This document shows, in pieces, positions 9,928-20,567 of a stretch of DNA of 64,000 nucleotides. The first letter of the stretch is position 1. Every line of letters starts with the position of its first letter. A model generated the notes under the pieces. That model ran no database searches. It was not told the DNA's origin and was given only the letters and a program-made list of their open reading frames with translations. The DNA comes from an uncultured delta proteobacterium (GTDB taxonomy: Bacteria; Myxococcota; B64-G9): assembly GCA_963754925.1 (NCBI GenBank), contig CAVWHX010000004.1, positions 1,184,001-1,248,000 on the forward strand, written 5' to 3'. The translations under genes and the position numbers were made by a program.

Positions 9928-10131
9928 TGCTCATCTTCATCTGCTCTTGACGCCCTGTGCCGATTTTTTGACTGTGTTTCCAGCTTCGAGTAATACCAAT
10001 GACCATAGATCGTTCTCAAATTGCATGCCCGTGCCTAAACAAAAGGAAAACGGGGGCCTGCAGGGTCCCTTTAATGATCTTCGATTTGTCTGACATAGAT
10101 TGTATGATCATGGTTCGGCTGAGGAGGGGAT

Positions 10132-10527
10132 ATGTCCAAGCAGGTTAATGTCTTTAAAGATGAGGGCCTGGTAGAGATCATCTATGCCGGCGAGGTTACG
10201 TCGGCAGACCTCGCCGAAGACCGCAAGGTGGGAGAGAAGGTCTGTCGCGAAGCGGGAGTGGAAAAGGTCCTGGTTGATTGCCTGGAGCTCCGTATTCCTC
10301 TATCGATCATCCCTCTCTTTGATCACGGAATCTGTCTTGCGAGATCGCCCGTTCTGGGACGGATCAAACACGCACTCATTGTGCCCGAGGCAATTGTGGA
10401 GGATGCTCATTTCTTTGAGGCGGTCTTATGTAATCGAGGCGTGAAAATGCGATACTTCACGACACGATCCGAAGCCCTTGCATGGTTGAATGCCTCGCCG
10501 AACAAACCCATCCAGAGCGACAATTAG
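10132..10527 (+). CDS. STAS/SEC14 (SpoIIAA-like) small protein, cassette-borne
   Basis: Strong SD GAGGAGGG; KVLVD and F-x-x-x-x-EALAWL patterns; C-terminus reads into an attC-like site. Confidence 0.65.
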   Translation: MSKQVNVFKDEGLVEIIYAGEVTSADLAEDRKVGEKVCREAGVEKVLVDCLELRIPLSIIPLFDHGICLARSPVLGRIKHALIVPEAIVEDAHFFEAVLCNRGVKMRYFTTRSEALAWLNASPNKPIQSDN

Positions 10528-10586
10528 CTAAAGAGAGTGAGTGCTACCCATGGGCAAAGTCATATGCTGATTTCGATACGTAGGTA
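10497..10586 (+). mobile_element. Degenerate integron attC-like site
   Basis: R''-like GCCGAAC, 5-nt spacer, CATCCAG pairing with distal CTGAT (one extra base), then CGTAGG as an eroded R'. Exact complement GTTCGGC lies at 10113-10119, upstream of the gene. Confidence 0.6.
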
Positions 10587-10641
10587 CGATAGGTGAAGCG
10601 CGGTTCGTTGCGGTGGGAAAACACGTGGGTCCGGAGGGTAT

Positions 10642-11082
10642 ATGAGCACTACGGATTTTGAGAAGCTGGGCTGTTCCGAAAGATGCCTGTATGGGCCGCG
10701 GAAACTGCTGCTGTGCGGGTTTGCGCCTGATGTTCAGCCCAAGCTCAAGGCGCTGCTATCGATGGTGGACCTCTCCGATATTCCGCTGGTATGGGCGCAA
10801 AGCGCGGATGGTGAACGCGTGATGGCCCGCTTGCTGGAAAAACTGGACGGCAGCGGCGAGGGATCTCCGTCCCCGTTTGCCCGGGCGATTATCGTGGCCG
10901 GAATCGAGGAAGCCGAGTTGCTTCGCTTGATGGAAGGCTGCCAACGATCCGGAATGCAGCCGCCCCTATGGGCAACCCTGACGCCGACATCGGAGAAATG
11001 GACGCTTACCCGCCTGCTCGATGAATTAGACGCAGAAAGAAAGGCGTTCGCCCGTCAAAAGCAAGACCAAGGCAACCCATAA
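10642..11082 (+). CDS. DUF3783-like protein
   Basis: C-terminal WATLTPTSEKWTL-x-x-LLDEL-x-x-E pattern; SD GGAGGG. Confidence 0.7.
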   Translation: MSTTDFEKLGCSERCLYGPRKLLLCGFAPDVQPKLKALLSMVDLSDIPLVWAQSADGERVMARLLEKLDGSGEGSPSPFARAIIVAGIEEAELLRLMEGCQRSGMQPPLWATLTPTSEKWTLTRLLDELDAERKAFARQKQDQGNP

Positions 11083-11244
11083 TCATAGACTTTTGCCGTA
11101 AATGTTAAGTTAACCTCTCAAAACAACTCACCGATTTTTTGACTACGTTTCCATCTTCGAGTAGTATGAACGAGAATAGATAGTACTCAAATTGCAATAC
11201 ACATACTTAAGGCAAATGGGGGCTGGGGACGTGGGGGGAGGCCT

Positions 11245-13146
11245 TTAGTACGGCAGAATTCCAATACCCGTAAAATTGAACAATTCTTTAAACTCGGGAT
11301 GGGCGGCTACTACGTCGTTAATTTCCGCAGTGACGACCGCTTTGGTGGTTTCCGTTGGATCCATACTTATCAAAAAATTACTGAGATTCGCATCGAATGT
11401 TATGAACTTCGCAGCGCCCTGGTGGTTGGACCACTGCGTCCATTTCGGAAGCGTAGATCCCGATGGATTAGGGTCGCCTGTTTTCACAAATGCAGCCAGG
11501 TAATCCATCATAGCATCTTGGAGCGCCACGCGTCCGGCCTTATTGGCCTCCGTGAAGGAAATACCTTTGAAATAGTCGGTGCCGGCTCCGAAGAAAAACG
11601 GTATATCCTGAGCGTGGGATGCGCCGAAAATAAATTTGAAATCCTTGAGAGCCGGGTCTTGCCCGCCGGACCAGGTGAAAAGATACGAATAAACCGCATT
11701 CGCGGTATCATTGGTTTTTATCGCCCGGGCGGTTGCATGACATTCTGCCAGCCATTTGCGGCTTTTAAGCAAACCGGTTTCTTCGTATGCACGGCGGTCA
11801 TGTTCGGTCGGCAGCACTTCGTTCAACGTTCTGGTGCGATTAAGAACTTCATCGCGACTAAGAACATCATAAAGACTAAACCAGGAGTAGGATCCCGACG
11901 GAACTTTAGGTTCTAAGAAGAACCTTAATGCTAAACCGAAAAGCGTCATGAGATCCTTGAATTCATACTGAGTGTTGCCGATGATCAAAGGAACCTTTTT
12001 GAATTGTCCGGAACGAATCGTATCCAGCCAGCTTGTTTCCGGAAGAACCGTGCCGTCCATGAAGCCCGTGGGCGCAGGTATGAACGATCCATAACCGGGG
12101 CCGCCTATGGCCGCCCACAATATTTGCTCGGCGCTTTTACCTCGCAGGTAGTCTTCGATCTGCGCATTAGTCATTTTCGCGCGGTAGCTGCCCGCGACTG
12201 CTATATTTTTAGCGACTCCATCTTGTTTCAGCATGTAATCAATCATGAGGTTGGTTTGCTCATCGCCATCGGTAAATTTTTTCAGCGGCATCACTTCCGA
12301 CACGGCCGGACTTTCGGCAAAGGCCCTTTGAAAATTATTGGTCATTGGAGATATGATCAGGTTCATGACATGCGCTCCGCCGGCAGATTGGCCGCCGACG
12401 GTAACGTTTGCGGGATCGCCGCCGAAAGCGGCGATGTTTTTCTGAACCCAGGCCAAGGCCTTCATGGTATCCAGCGTGCCGTAGTTGCCCGACTTGTCCT
12501 GCGCTGTCCCGCTTGCCCGCAATGCCGGGTGCGTCAGCCAGCCCAGCATCTGCAACCGGTACTGGATAATAACGACTATCAGGTTGCCTCGTTTGGCCAG
12601 GGCGGTTCCATCGAAGTCTTGGGCCGAGCCGAGGATATTGGCGCCGCCATGAATCCACACCAAGACGGGCAGACCGGTTGAGTCCGTCAAAGGACGGTAG
12701 ATGTCCAGACAGAGACAGTCCTCGTTGCCGGTAACGGCATTGGAAGAGCGCCAGAATTTATCGGTTACCTGCTGTATACACACGCTACAGGGGGAGACGG
12801 CCTGGCGCACACCAGTCCACGGATCCGGATCCACCGGCGCCTTCCAGCGGAGCGCACCCACCGGCGGCTTGGCAAAAGGAATGCCTTTCCATATCAGGGC
12901 GTCGTTCGCGGCATACCCTTTGACGGCGCCGGACGCCGTATTGACCGTTTGCCCGCCGTTTTTTGAGGCACCGCGGCCAGCGCTGCTTGAGCCATTGACG
13001 CCAGCGCTGTTTGAATTACCACCGCCTCCTCTGGTCACCTGGCTTTCACTGACGCAACCGGTGATGGCGACCGATGCTGAAAGAACAATCACCCCTGCCG
13101 TCGCAAATCGAATCCACTGAAAAAATAATCTGAATTTATTGTGCAT
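11245..13146 (-). CDS. Type B carboxylesterase/lipase, probable lipoprotein
   Basis: WKGIPFAKPPVGALRW, EDCL, WIHGG, GNYG, FGGDP and GQSAG nucleophile motifs, His in ASHAQD; lipobox AITGC followed by a Gly/Ser linker. Confidence 0.92.
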   Translation of the reverse strand: MHNKFRLFFQWIRFATAGVIVLSASVAITGCVSESQVTRGGGGNSNSAGVNGSSSAGRGASKNGGQTVNTASGAVKGYAANDALIWKGIPFAKPPVGALRWKAPVDPDPWTGVRQAVSPCSVCIQQVTDKFWRSSNAVTGNEDCLCLDIYRPLTDSTGLPVLVWIHGGANILGSAQDFDGTALAKRGNLIVVIIQYRLQMLGWLTHPALRASGTAQDKSGNYGTLDTMKALAWVQKNIAAFGGDPANVTVGGQSAGGAHVMNLIISPMTNNFQRAFAESPAVSEVMPLKKFTDGDEQTNLMIDYMLKQDGVAKNIAVAGSYRAKMTNAQIEDYLRGKSAEQILWAAIGGPGYGSFIPAPTGFMDGTVLPETSWLDTIRSGQFKKVPLIIGNTQYEFKDLMTLFGLALRFFLEPKVPSGSYSWFSLYDVLSRDEVLNRTRTLNEVLPTEHDRRAYEETGLLKSRKWLAECHATARAIKTNDTANAVYSYLFTWSGGQDPALKDFKFIFGASHAQDIPFFFGAGTDYFKGISFTEANKAGRVALQDAMMDYLAAFVKTGDPNPSGSTLPKWTQWSNHQGAAKFITFDANLSNFLISMDPTETTKAVVTAEINDVVAAHPEFKELFNFTGIGILPY

Positions 13147-13411
13147 GAAGTTGCCTCAACGTTAGAGGGAGTGGCCATTGCCATTGTTTTGATCAACCAC
13201 GGTAGTCGCCGGGGCTTGCTTGCCGGGGCTTCCTAACGTATTCATTCTAAAGTTAACCACAAAACATAGCAACGAGTATACTAAGAAGGTCTATTGGTAA
13301 AAGGAGCGGTCTACTTTCCTAAGGAGGTGGCATCTATCGGGGAAACCATATATACAGCAGGGAGGTATCGATTCGACGTTACCGGGAATAGTAAACGAGG
13401 GAGAACCATGA

Positions 13412-14071
13412 ATGACCGCGCTTTCAAAAACTGAAAATAAGGTATTGATGGCTCAGGCGCGTGAATCTCTCCGGGGCAAATGGGGGTTAGCGGCCGGAAC
13501 GTTTTTTGTCTATGTTATAATTTTTGCTTTCCTGCAGGCGATCCCGGTTATCGGGTGGATTGCTTCCGTCATCATCACCGGTCCCCTGATTCTCGGGTTG
13601 ACCATGTTTATGCTGTCCATTTCAAGGAAACAGGATGCTCGGCTTCCTCAGATATTTGATGGTTTTCAGAAGTTTGGCGTTGGATTCGGAGCATACTGTC
13701 TAACGGCGTTATTTGTCGTACTGTGGATGTTGCTCCTTATCGTGCCTGGAATCATCGCGGCGTTTTCGTATGCACTAACCTATTTCATCATTGTTGACGA
13801 CGGCTCGATTCGTCCCCTGCAAGCCATAACGAAGAGCAAAGAAATGATGCACGGAAATAAATTGAAACTATTTTATCTGTGTTGCAGGTTCTTGGGCTGG
13901 GCGTTAGTGTGTGTGTTAACCTGTGGTATCGGATTTTTTTGGCTTTGCCCCTATGTGATGGTGAGTATGGCAACGTTTTATGATGAGCTTAAGAATCAAC
14001 AACACAACGGCTTCGTCGATCCCCAACTGACGCCCGCGGCGGGCAGCCCGGGGTTCGGGAATGTCCGTTGA
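13412..14071 (+). CDS. DUF975 family membrane protein
   Basis: ARESLRGKW, LLIVPGII-x-x-x-SY, SKEMMHGNK, TCGIG-x-x-WL-x-PY and FYDEL motifs. Confidence 0.88.
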   Translation: MTALSKTENKVLMAQARESLRGKWGLAAGTFFVYVIIFAFLQAIPVIGWIASVIITGPLILGLTMFMLSISRKQDARLPQIFDGFQKFGVGFGAYCLTALFVVLWMLLLIVPGIIAAFSYALTYFIIVDDGSIRPLQAITKSKEMMHGNKLKLFYLCCRFLGWALVCVLTCGIGFFWLCPYVMVSMATFYDELKNQQHNGFVDPQLTPAAGSPGFGNVR

Positions 14072-14080
14072 GGAGCCACC

Positions 14081-14920
14081 ATGGCGTTTTTCACTCGAGA
14101 CAATGCACGTATTTATTTTGAGGACACCGGCAGCGGCGAGCCGATAATTGCCGTTCATGGACTTATTGAAAACGCCGTTTACTGGAATATAACCGGAGTG
14201 ACCAAAGCCCTGACAAAGACCAAACGCTTAATTGCTATGGAGATGCGCGGTCACGGACGCACGGTGGTCACCGGCGATCCCCTTGGTTTTGATGTCGATA
14301 CCGTAGGCGACGATATCATCGCCCTTGCCGATCATCTCAAGATCGACCGATTTCACGTCCTCACGCATTCAACCGGCGGGATTGCGGCGGTGCGGCATGC
14401 GATGAAGGATTTCAGCCGTTTTGCAACATTGATTCTCTGCGACACGTCGTCAGCGACCTCGGCAGTGTCTGCGGATCCGGAGACCATCAGGCAACTTAAT
14501 AATAGCCTTGCGAAAAGTTTTGAGAGGTTCACCTGGGACCAAATAATTAACAACTTGAAAAATAACCCCGGGCCGTTTTTTAGAGGTCTGGTTGAATCGG
14601 AAAAGTGTGACGAACTGTTAGGCCTCATGCGCGAAATAGTGGAGTACCAGGATCGCAAAATCGCAGCGTCTTTTGTGAGGTCCTTTTATACGGATCCCGA
14701 TCCGAGGATTGAGGATCTCAGGAAAATACGCTGCCCGGTCCTGATTATTTACGGCGAGAAAGACGATCTATTCATACAATCCAGCAAGTTGATGGCAAAA
14801 GAAATTCCCGGCGCGACCATAATCGAGTATCCGGGAGTAGGCCATATTACCGCCCTTGAAGCTCCGGAACGCCTGGCTGCCGACGTACTTGAGTTCATAC
14901 ATCGGCATCCGCTGAACTAA
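14081..14920 (+). CDS. Alpha/beta fold hydrolase
   Basis: HG oxyanion motif, MRGHG, THSTGG nucleophile elbow, GEKD and GH acid/base motifs. Confidence 0.9.
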   Translation: MAFFTRDNARIYFEDTGSGEPIIAVHGLIENAVYWNITGVTKALTKTKRLIAMEMRGHGRTVVTGDPLGFDVDTVGDDIIALADHLKIDRFHVLTHSTGGIAAVRHAMKDFSRFATLILCDTSSATSAVSADPETIRQLNNSLAKSFERFTWDQIINNLKNNPGPFFRGLVESEKCDELLGLMREIVEYQDRKIAASFVRSFYTDPDPRIEDLRKIRCPVLIIYGEKDDLFIQSSKLMAKEIPGATIIEYPGVGHITALEAPERLAADVLEFIHRHPLN

Positions 14921-15012
14921 GCGTTAAGCTTGGGAAGCATAACAGGTGAGTATGGTTGGGCCCATACTGGTAACGAGTTGACCCGATCCGGTAAGGAATC
15001 AGAATTCCGTGG

Positions 15013-17502
15013 TCACTTCTTCGACCCGTATCTCTTGAGCCGCTTGAGATGCTCGTCCACATTGAGGTTGAGATACTCCGCCAGCTCGCATAATCCGCCG
15101 GCCGTCTCCCCGTCGGGTCCGCCCACCCGACGCCGAGCCAGCAGACGATCGAGCGCTACCGGCAGTAATTCGGCCACTCGATCCTGCAGCGAGGCCTCGT
15201 CGATTTTGAGTTGAGTCTCGCGGGATTTCTCAATCAACGTCGTGAAACGCCTACAGTCTTCCTTGGTCGGTTGCTTTAAAATCTGATCGAGTCGCTCGGC
15301 AAGATGGCGCGAGAGCAGAGCCGCGGCCGGCCCGCGGTCAAGCGGAGCGCCGAGCTGTTCCACCCGTTTGGCCTGTTCGAACGCCATGAGGGCGGTTCGC
15401 TCATCCGACAGGCCGGCTATCAAACGGTTGAAACGGCGGCTGCCGGCGTAACCGGCGACCAGTTTGAGCTCTTCCGGCAGGCCGATACCCAGCGGCAGCA
15501 GGGCCAAAAACGACTCTTCATGGCGATTGAAAATATCTTCGTAAACCGCGCCAATCTCCTCGAGCAGGGGATGCTGCAACGCCGAGACCGCCTGCTGGCG
15601 AAGCTCCAGGAGCATATCCGCGAGTCCGAAGCATTCGTCATAGTCGCTCTGCAATGCGCCGCAGGCAACGCCAAACCCATTGCGCTGAAAAGCGCGAAGC
15701 AGCCGATCGAGATCGGGCGCACGGCCATGGGAACGCACGCCACGCACAAAAGCCTTAAGCTGGAGGTTGGGCCCGGTAACCACCACCACCTCGAATGTTC
15801 CGCTCTCGCCGGTGCGCTCGATCGTGATATGCACCGTGCCGGCGAACCCCAAGAACAAGCCGAGACGGGCGGTGCGGCTGTTTTCCATGGTTATCTGGAA
15901 ATGGTAGAGGGGGCGTTCGCTTGTCTGCGGGTCGAGAACCGTCAGGATGGCATAGTGGGCGGCGATCTTATTGGGCAACAACGCCGACGGTATAACGAAA
16001 TGCGTAACCAGGGTTAATCCGTTGCCGAGCGCTTGAATGTTGCTGCGCGCGAGGCTCAACTCGCGACGGTATTCTTGATCCTGCGGACGGCCCGCGATAG
16101 CGGCGGCGAATTGCGCGGCGCGCTCCGCGTACCTGAGGTTTTGCACGGTTTCGATGCCGGATAGATCCGAAAAAAACCATCCACACGAGGTATACATCAA
16201 CATGCCGTGCCGTTCCATCTCAAGCAGCTGCAACGCGCGCGCCTGCTCGTCCGCGCTCAAGGCGCGGCGGGCGTGCCGGGCAAAGAACCCTTTCTTCTGG
16301 CGCGTCCCGCCAAGTATCACCTCGATATAGTGATCGCGCGCGAGCCATGGATCGCGGAAGATCTTCTCTCCCTCGTGCTCGAAAATGAGGTCCAGGCGCT
16401 CGCGCAGCCTATTAAATGCTCGGCGCAACGGAGCCCGCCAGCCTTGATTCCATCCGGCCGCTCCGCCGGTTGAGCAGCCGCAATCCTCCCGCCAACGGCC
16501 CACGCCATGGGCGCAGCTCCAGGCCGTCCCGAGACCATCCCGACCGGGTTTCAACCGTACCTCCCACAGGGGTGGGTGTTCGTCAAGGTAGACGTGGGGG
16601 TTGGTAAGCGTTAAGCCGCGGTTAGGCAATTCGCGGCTTGCCAGGTATGCCAGGCACATGTCGCCCATGGGTTCATGGTGGCCGTAGCTCTCGCCGTCGG
16701 TGCACACCAACACCAGCCGGTCGCCCGGCGTGGTTGGGCCTTCGTGGGCGGCTTCGAGAATGCGATCGGCGAACACGCCGGCGTTGCGCAGCAGATGTTC
16801 ATACGCCACCCCGCGCGAAAGCCCGGCATGGTAGAACAGCACCGCAATGGTGCCCTGTGGCGTGCGGCAGAGATAGGGTTGGTGAAGGGGAATGGTTGCG
16901 TTTGAAACATCCACCCAATTTCCCGAACCGATGAATGAAATCGATTGAGCCTGCGAGGGAGCCATGATGACGAAACGCATCCCCGCTCGTGCGAGGTCGG
17001 CGAGGGTGGCATCGTTGCAGGCGGTTTCGGGCAGCCACAGGGCGGTCGCCGGGCGTCCGAAGCGCGCCCGAAAATCGTACAACCCCCACATGATTTGCGT
17101 CCAACGGTCGGCCGGGGTGGCGAGGGGTAATATCATGTGGTTATAGGCTTGGGCAATGGCGTTGCCATGCTTGCGTTCGCGCACCGAAACCGTGTCAGCC
17201 TTGAGAATGTGCTGATAGGTCATGGGGTGGTGTTCGGCCATATAACTCAAGAGCGTCGGACCAAAGTTGAAACTCAGGTGTTCGTAGTTATTGACTACCG
17301 CATTCACTCGCCCGCGATGGTCGAGAACGCGACTGCGTGCGTTCGGCGTATAGCATTCGGCCGTGATGCGCTCGTTCCAGTCGTGATAGGGAGCGGCCGA
17401 CTCCTGCGGCTCGATGGCGCCGGTCCATGGGTTCTCGCGCGGCGGCTGGTAAAAGTGACCGTGAATGATGATATGGATCTTTTTCTGTCCATCGGTCGAC
17501 AT
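15013..17502 (-). CDS. Glycoside hydrolase family 57 protein with DUF3536 domain
   Basis: HGHFYQPPRENPW, SFNFGPTLL, YNHMILPL, WLPETA, TDGESYGHH, WSCAHGVGRW and MYTSCGWFF motifs. Confidence 0.92.
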   Translation of the reverse strand: MSTDGQKKIHIIIHGHFYQPPRENPWTGAIEPQESAAPYHDWNERITAECYTPNARSRVLDHRGRVNAVVNNYEHLSFNFGPTLLSYMAEHHPMTYQHILKADTVSVRERKHGNAIAQAYNHMILPLATPADRWTQIMWGLYDFRARFGRPATALWLPETACNDATLADLARAGMRFVIMAPSQAQSISFIGSGNWVDVSNATIPLHQPYLCRTPQGTIAVLFYHAGLSRGVAYEHLLRNAGVFADRILEAAHEGPTTPGDRLVLVCTDGESYGHHEPMGDMCLAYLASRELPNRGLTLTNPHVYLDEHPPLWEVRLKPGRDGLGTAWSCAHGVGRWREDCGCSTGGAAGWNQGWRAPLRRAFNRLRERLDLIFEHEGEKIFRDPWLARDHYIEVILGGTRQKKGFFARHARRALSADEQARALQLLEMERHGMLMYTSCGWFFSDLSGIETVQNLRYAERAAQFAAAIAGRPQDQEYRRELSLARSNIQALGNGLTLVTHFVIPSALLPNKIAAHYAILTVLDPQTSERPLYHFQITMENSRTARLGLFLGFAGTVHITIERTGESGTFEVVVVTGPNLQLKAFVRGVRSHGRAPDLDRLLRAFQRNGFGVACGALQSDYDECFGLADMLLELRQQAVSALQHPLLEEIGAVYEDIFNRHEESFLALLPLGIGLPEELKLVAGYAGSRRFNRLIAGLSDERTALMAFEQAKRVEQLGAPLDRGPAAALLSRHLAERLDQILKQPTKEDCRRFTTLIEKSRETQLKIDEASLQDRVAELLPVALDRLLARRRVGGPDGETAGGLCELAEYLNLNVDEHLKRLKRYGSKK

Positions 17503-17535
17503 GCGCGTAAGTTTACTCGGAAGCGGGACGAGGAT

Positions 17536-20278
17536 CTACTTTTGTCGTTCGGAGCGGCGCCGGTCGAGCCGCAGCGCCTTGATCAAAGCGGGGATCCCGA
17601 AGATGGCGACGAGCATCGTGATAAAGATGGCGACCACCAGGATACCTCCGAACGAGATCATGCCGCGATGATGCGCGAGCAGGAGCGAGCCGAACCCCGT
17701 CATGGCCGTCGCAGCGGCCAGCCACAAGGCGTTGCCCATCGTTGCGATCAGCCGGGTCAGGTCGGAGCCGTCCGGTTCGCGCCACCGGTGGGTCATGAAG
17801 ATGCCGTAGTCGATGCCGATCCCCATGAGGATCGGTAAGAACAGCTGGTTGGCCATATTGAGGTCGATCCCGGCCGCGCCCAGAATACCCAGCGACAGCG
17901 TGATGGCGGTGCAGAGCGGGAACATCGTCAGCAGCACGTCCCACAATCTGCGGAAGTCGACGAGCACTAGGAGGAAAATGATGATGGCGGCCATCCATGA
18001 AGCTTGGACAAAGCCATGGTGAATCATTCGGGTGGTCGTCCGGTAGACGACGCCAAACCCCGTGGTTCTCTCTGGTCCCTCCTTCGGGCCGAAGACATCG
18101 CTGGCCGCCTGCTCCACCTCGCCGACGAATTGATCCAGGAAGGCGATATTCCAGACCTCCTCATTGGGGAAGATCATCGTGGCGATGCGGCCGCTTCTGC
18201 CGACGAACCGATCCCGCATCTGCGGATCGAGCGATTCCATCACGACGGTCTCGCCGCGGAGCATCTCAAGCAGCGCGTTACGGCCCGTGATGACGGCTTC
18301 AAAGAATGCCTTTTCAAACGCCGCCTGATTCCGCTCGGCCCCGGGTTTCAGAAGCGCCGCCTCGATAGCCTTGAACCGAGTGAGGATCTTCTCGAGACGG
18401 GCCACCAAGTCCTTGAGGCCGCCGCTGAAGGCGTCTTCCTGAGCGGCCTCCACCCGTTGGACCAGTTGCGCCACACGGCCGCGTAAAGCCGTTACATCGG
18501 GCGGGTCATCCGGGACTCTCACCGGCACCGCTTCGATGCTCTTCGTCATTTCGAAAAAGAGCCGGCGCTTTTCCTCTTGATCCGGCGGGAGCAGCATGGA
18601 AATCGACTCGATCCGCCGAAACTGACGGCTTGTTTTCAAGCTCCTTTTGCAGGAGGCGCACCTGATCCACGTTGTCGGCGACGACCGAGATGAACTGCGT
18701 CTTGTACGGGGTCTGCTTATCCAAAAGGTCGCCGACGCGCACCGCCTCGCTGTTCACCGCCAGCAGGTTGTTGAGGTTATAGTCAAATCGCAACTCCGGG
18801 ATTTGCGTCGCCGCAAGCGCCACGGCGATCAGGATCACGACAACCGCGGTCTTGGGGAATCGCAGCACCGGCCCGGACAAGCGGCGCAGAAGCTTCGATT
18901 CCGCTAGTCGGGCCATTTCATCGGGTCGCGATTTCGGCGGAAAATGCGCCACCAGCGCGGGATGCACGAAGAAGGACGCGAGCAACGCGCAGAGGATTCC
19001 GGTGCCGGCGACGATCCCCAGTTCGGAGAAGGCCGGCTGATCCGTAAAGCCGATGGCGAAAAATGCGGCGATGGTCGCCGCCGCCCCGCTTCCGACGCCT
19101 TGTCCCACGTGCGTCAACGTGTTGTGAACCGCGTCGGCCGGAGTGCGCCCGGCCGCGATTTCCTCGTCATATCGGCGAACGAACACCACCCCGTAATCGA
19201 TTCCCAGTCCGAACAGAATGCCCACGAACGCTGAGGTGAGGTAGTTCAGGTGCCCAATCGTGAAGTACGTGACACCGAAATTCCACACGACGCTGAACGC
19301 CACCGGCACGAACATGAGCAACGTGCGGTGAAACGACCGGGCCGCGGCCCAGACCAGCAGGAAAATCACGATCGGAGCGATGATCGACACCATGGTGAGG
19401 TCGTGTTCGACCAGGCCGATTTCCTCCTCGATCGACACCGGCCATCCGGTGAACCCGACGGTGACGCCCGGGTGGTTCTGCAGCACGCGCTGGGCGGTCT
19501 GTCGCGCGTAGCGCATGAGCGGAACGACGTAATCGGTGTCGTCGATGCTCCGGGACTGCTGCACGAACAGGATCTTCAGGCGTCCTTGATTGCCGATCAG
19601 GAAACCCTTTTCGTCCGTGTGCGAATCGCTGAATCTCGCGGCCATTTCGCCGAAGGTCTTCTCGCCCAGGTCCAGGGTGGCGCTCTCCGGGGTTTCGAGG
19701 AACTTCTGCCATTGCGCGAGGAAGCGATCGGCGATCTCAAAACCGTCCTCGACGGTTTTCTTGTCGATGGTCGTGGAGGATTGAGACATCCTATCCGCTT
19801 CGGGTTCGGCGGCAGCCAGAAGGCCGTTCCAATTGCCTGAGCCGAAAGCCTTTTTCAGCACCGGCCCATATTCCCGCAACCCCTCATCCATCTTCTTCAA
19901 GCCGTCCAGGGGAAGATAGTACAACCCGGATTTTTTCATCGCTTCCAAGTTAATCCGGTAGAACACATTTTTCACCCAGGTTGGATCCTGCATCAGCGCC
20001 TGGGCGAGATCGGTCGCGGCGGCGCGCGTAGCGAGGGGGTCGCCTTCCAGGAGGACAATCAACTGGTTTTGAGCGCCGAAGTCGGAGCAGAACTCAATGT
20101 AGCGCCGCTCTTCCGGGATGCGCGAGTCCACCATGCCTTCGCGGGTCGTCAGAACGGGCAGCCGGACCATGAGCACGCCGGAGACGATCGTGAGCACCGC
20201 GGCCACGGCGATGACCCAGAAGCCGCGAGAGGTTACGGCGCAATTGGCCAGGAAATTGTAGAATTTATCGCGCAGCAT
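17536..20278 (-). pseudogene. MMPL/HpnN-like RND transporter split by a 1-nt frameshift near 18620 (probably a sequence error)
   Basis: Two RND halves with GLGIDYG and GIGIDYG motifs. Removing one T from GTTTCGG joins ...ENKPSV to RRIESISMLLP... Confidence 0.85.
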
Positions 20279-20567
20279 GCGGGGAGGGTAAAGAATCGGG
20301 GTCGGTGGTTAGCTCAAAAAAGTATGGGAAATTTAGATACACGTTTGATTCTTTCGCTCCAAAACATCCCTACAACTACCATAGCATGAGGTAACTATTA
20401 ATTCACTTTTCTGTCAATGAAATGAGAAGAAAGCATTCTGATTCGTCCTTCTTCCCGCATATTTTGTTTGACTTTTTTGGGTACCGTGATTTCGATAGTG
20501 ATGGCGATTTTGTGTATTCCAGAGTTGTGGAGATAAATGTAATTATAAACCATTAACGAGGTGCATT

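Noticed and set aside
11218..11242. G-rich tract as a possible G-quadruplex
   Set aside because: Only three G runs of three or more bases; no supporting context.
14000..14075. Possible attC at the end of the DUF975 gene (CACAAC...GTTGAGG)
   Set aside because: L-box pairing and spacing are unconvincing, and there is no complementary upstream core.
14890..14930. CCGCTGAACTAAGCGTTAAG resembling an attC 3' half
   Set aside because: No matching 5' half; mostly within coding sequence.
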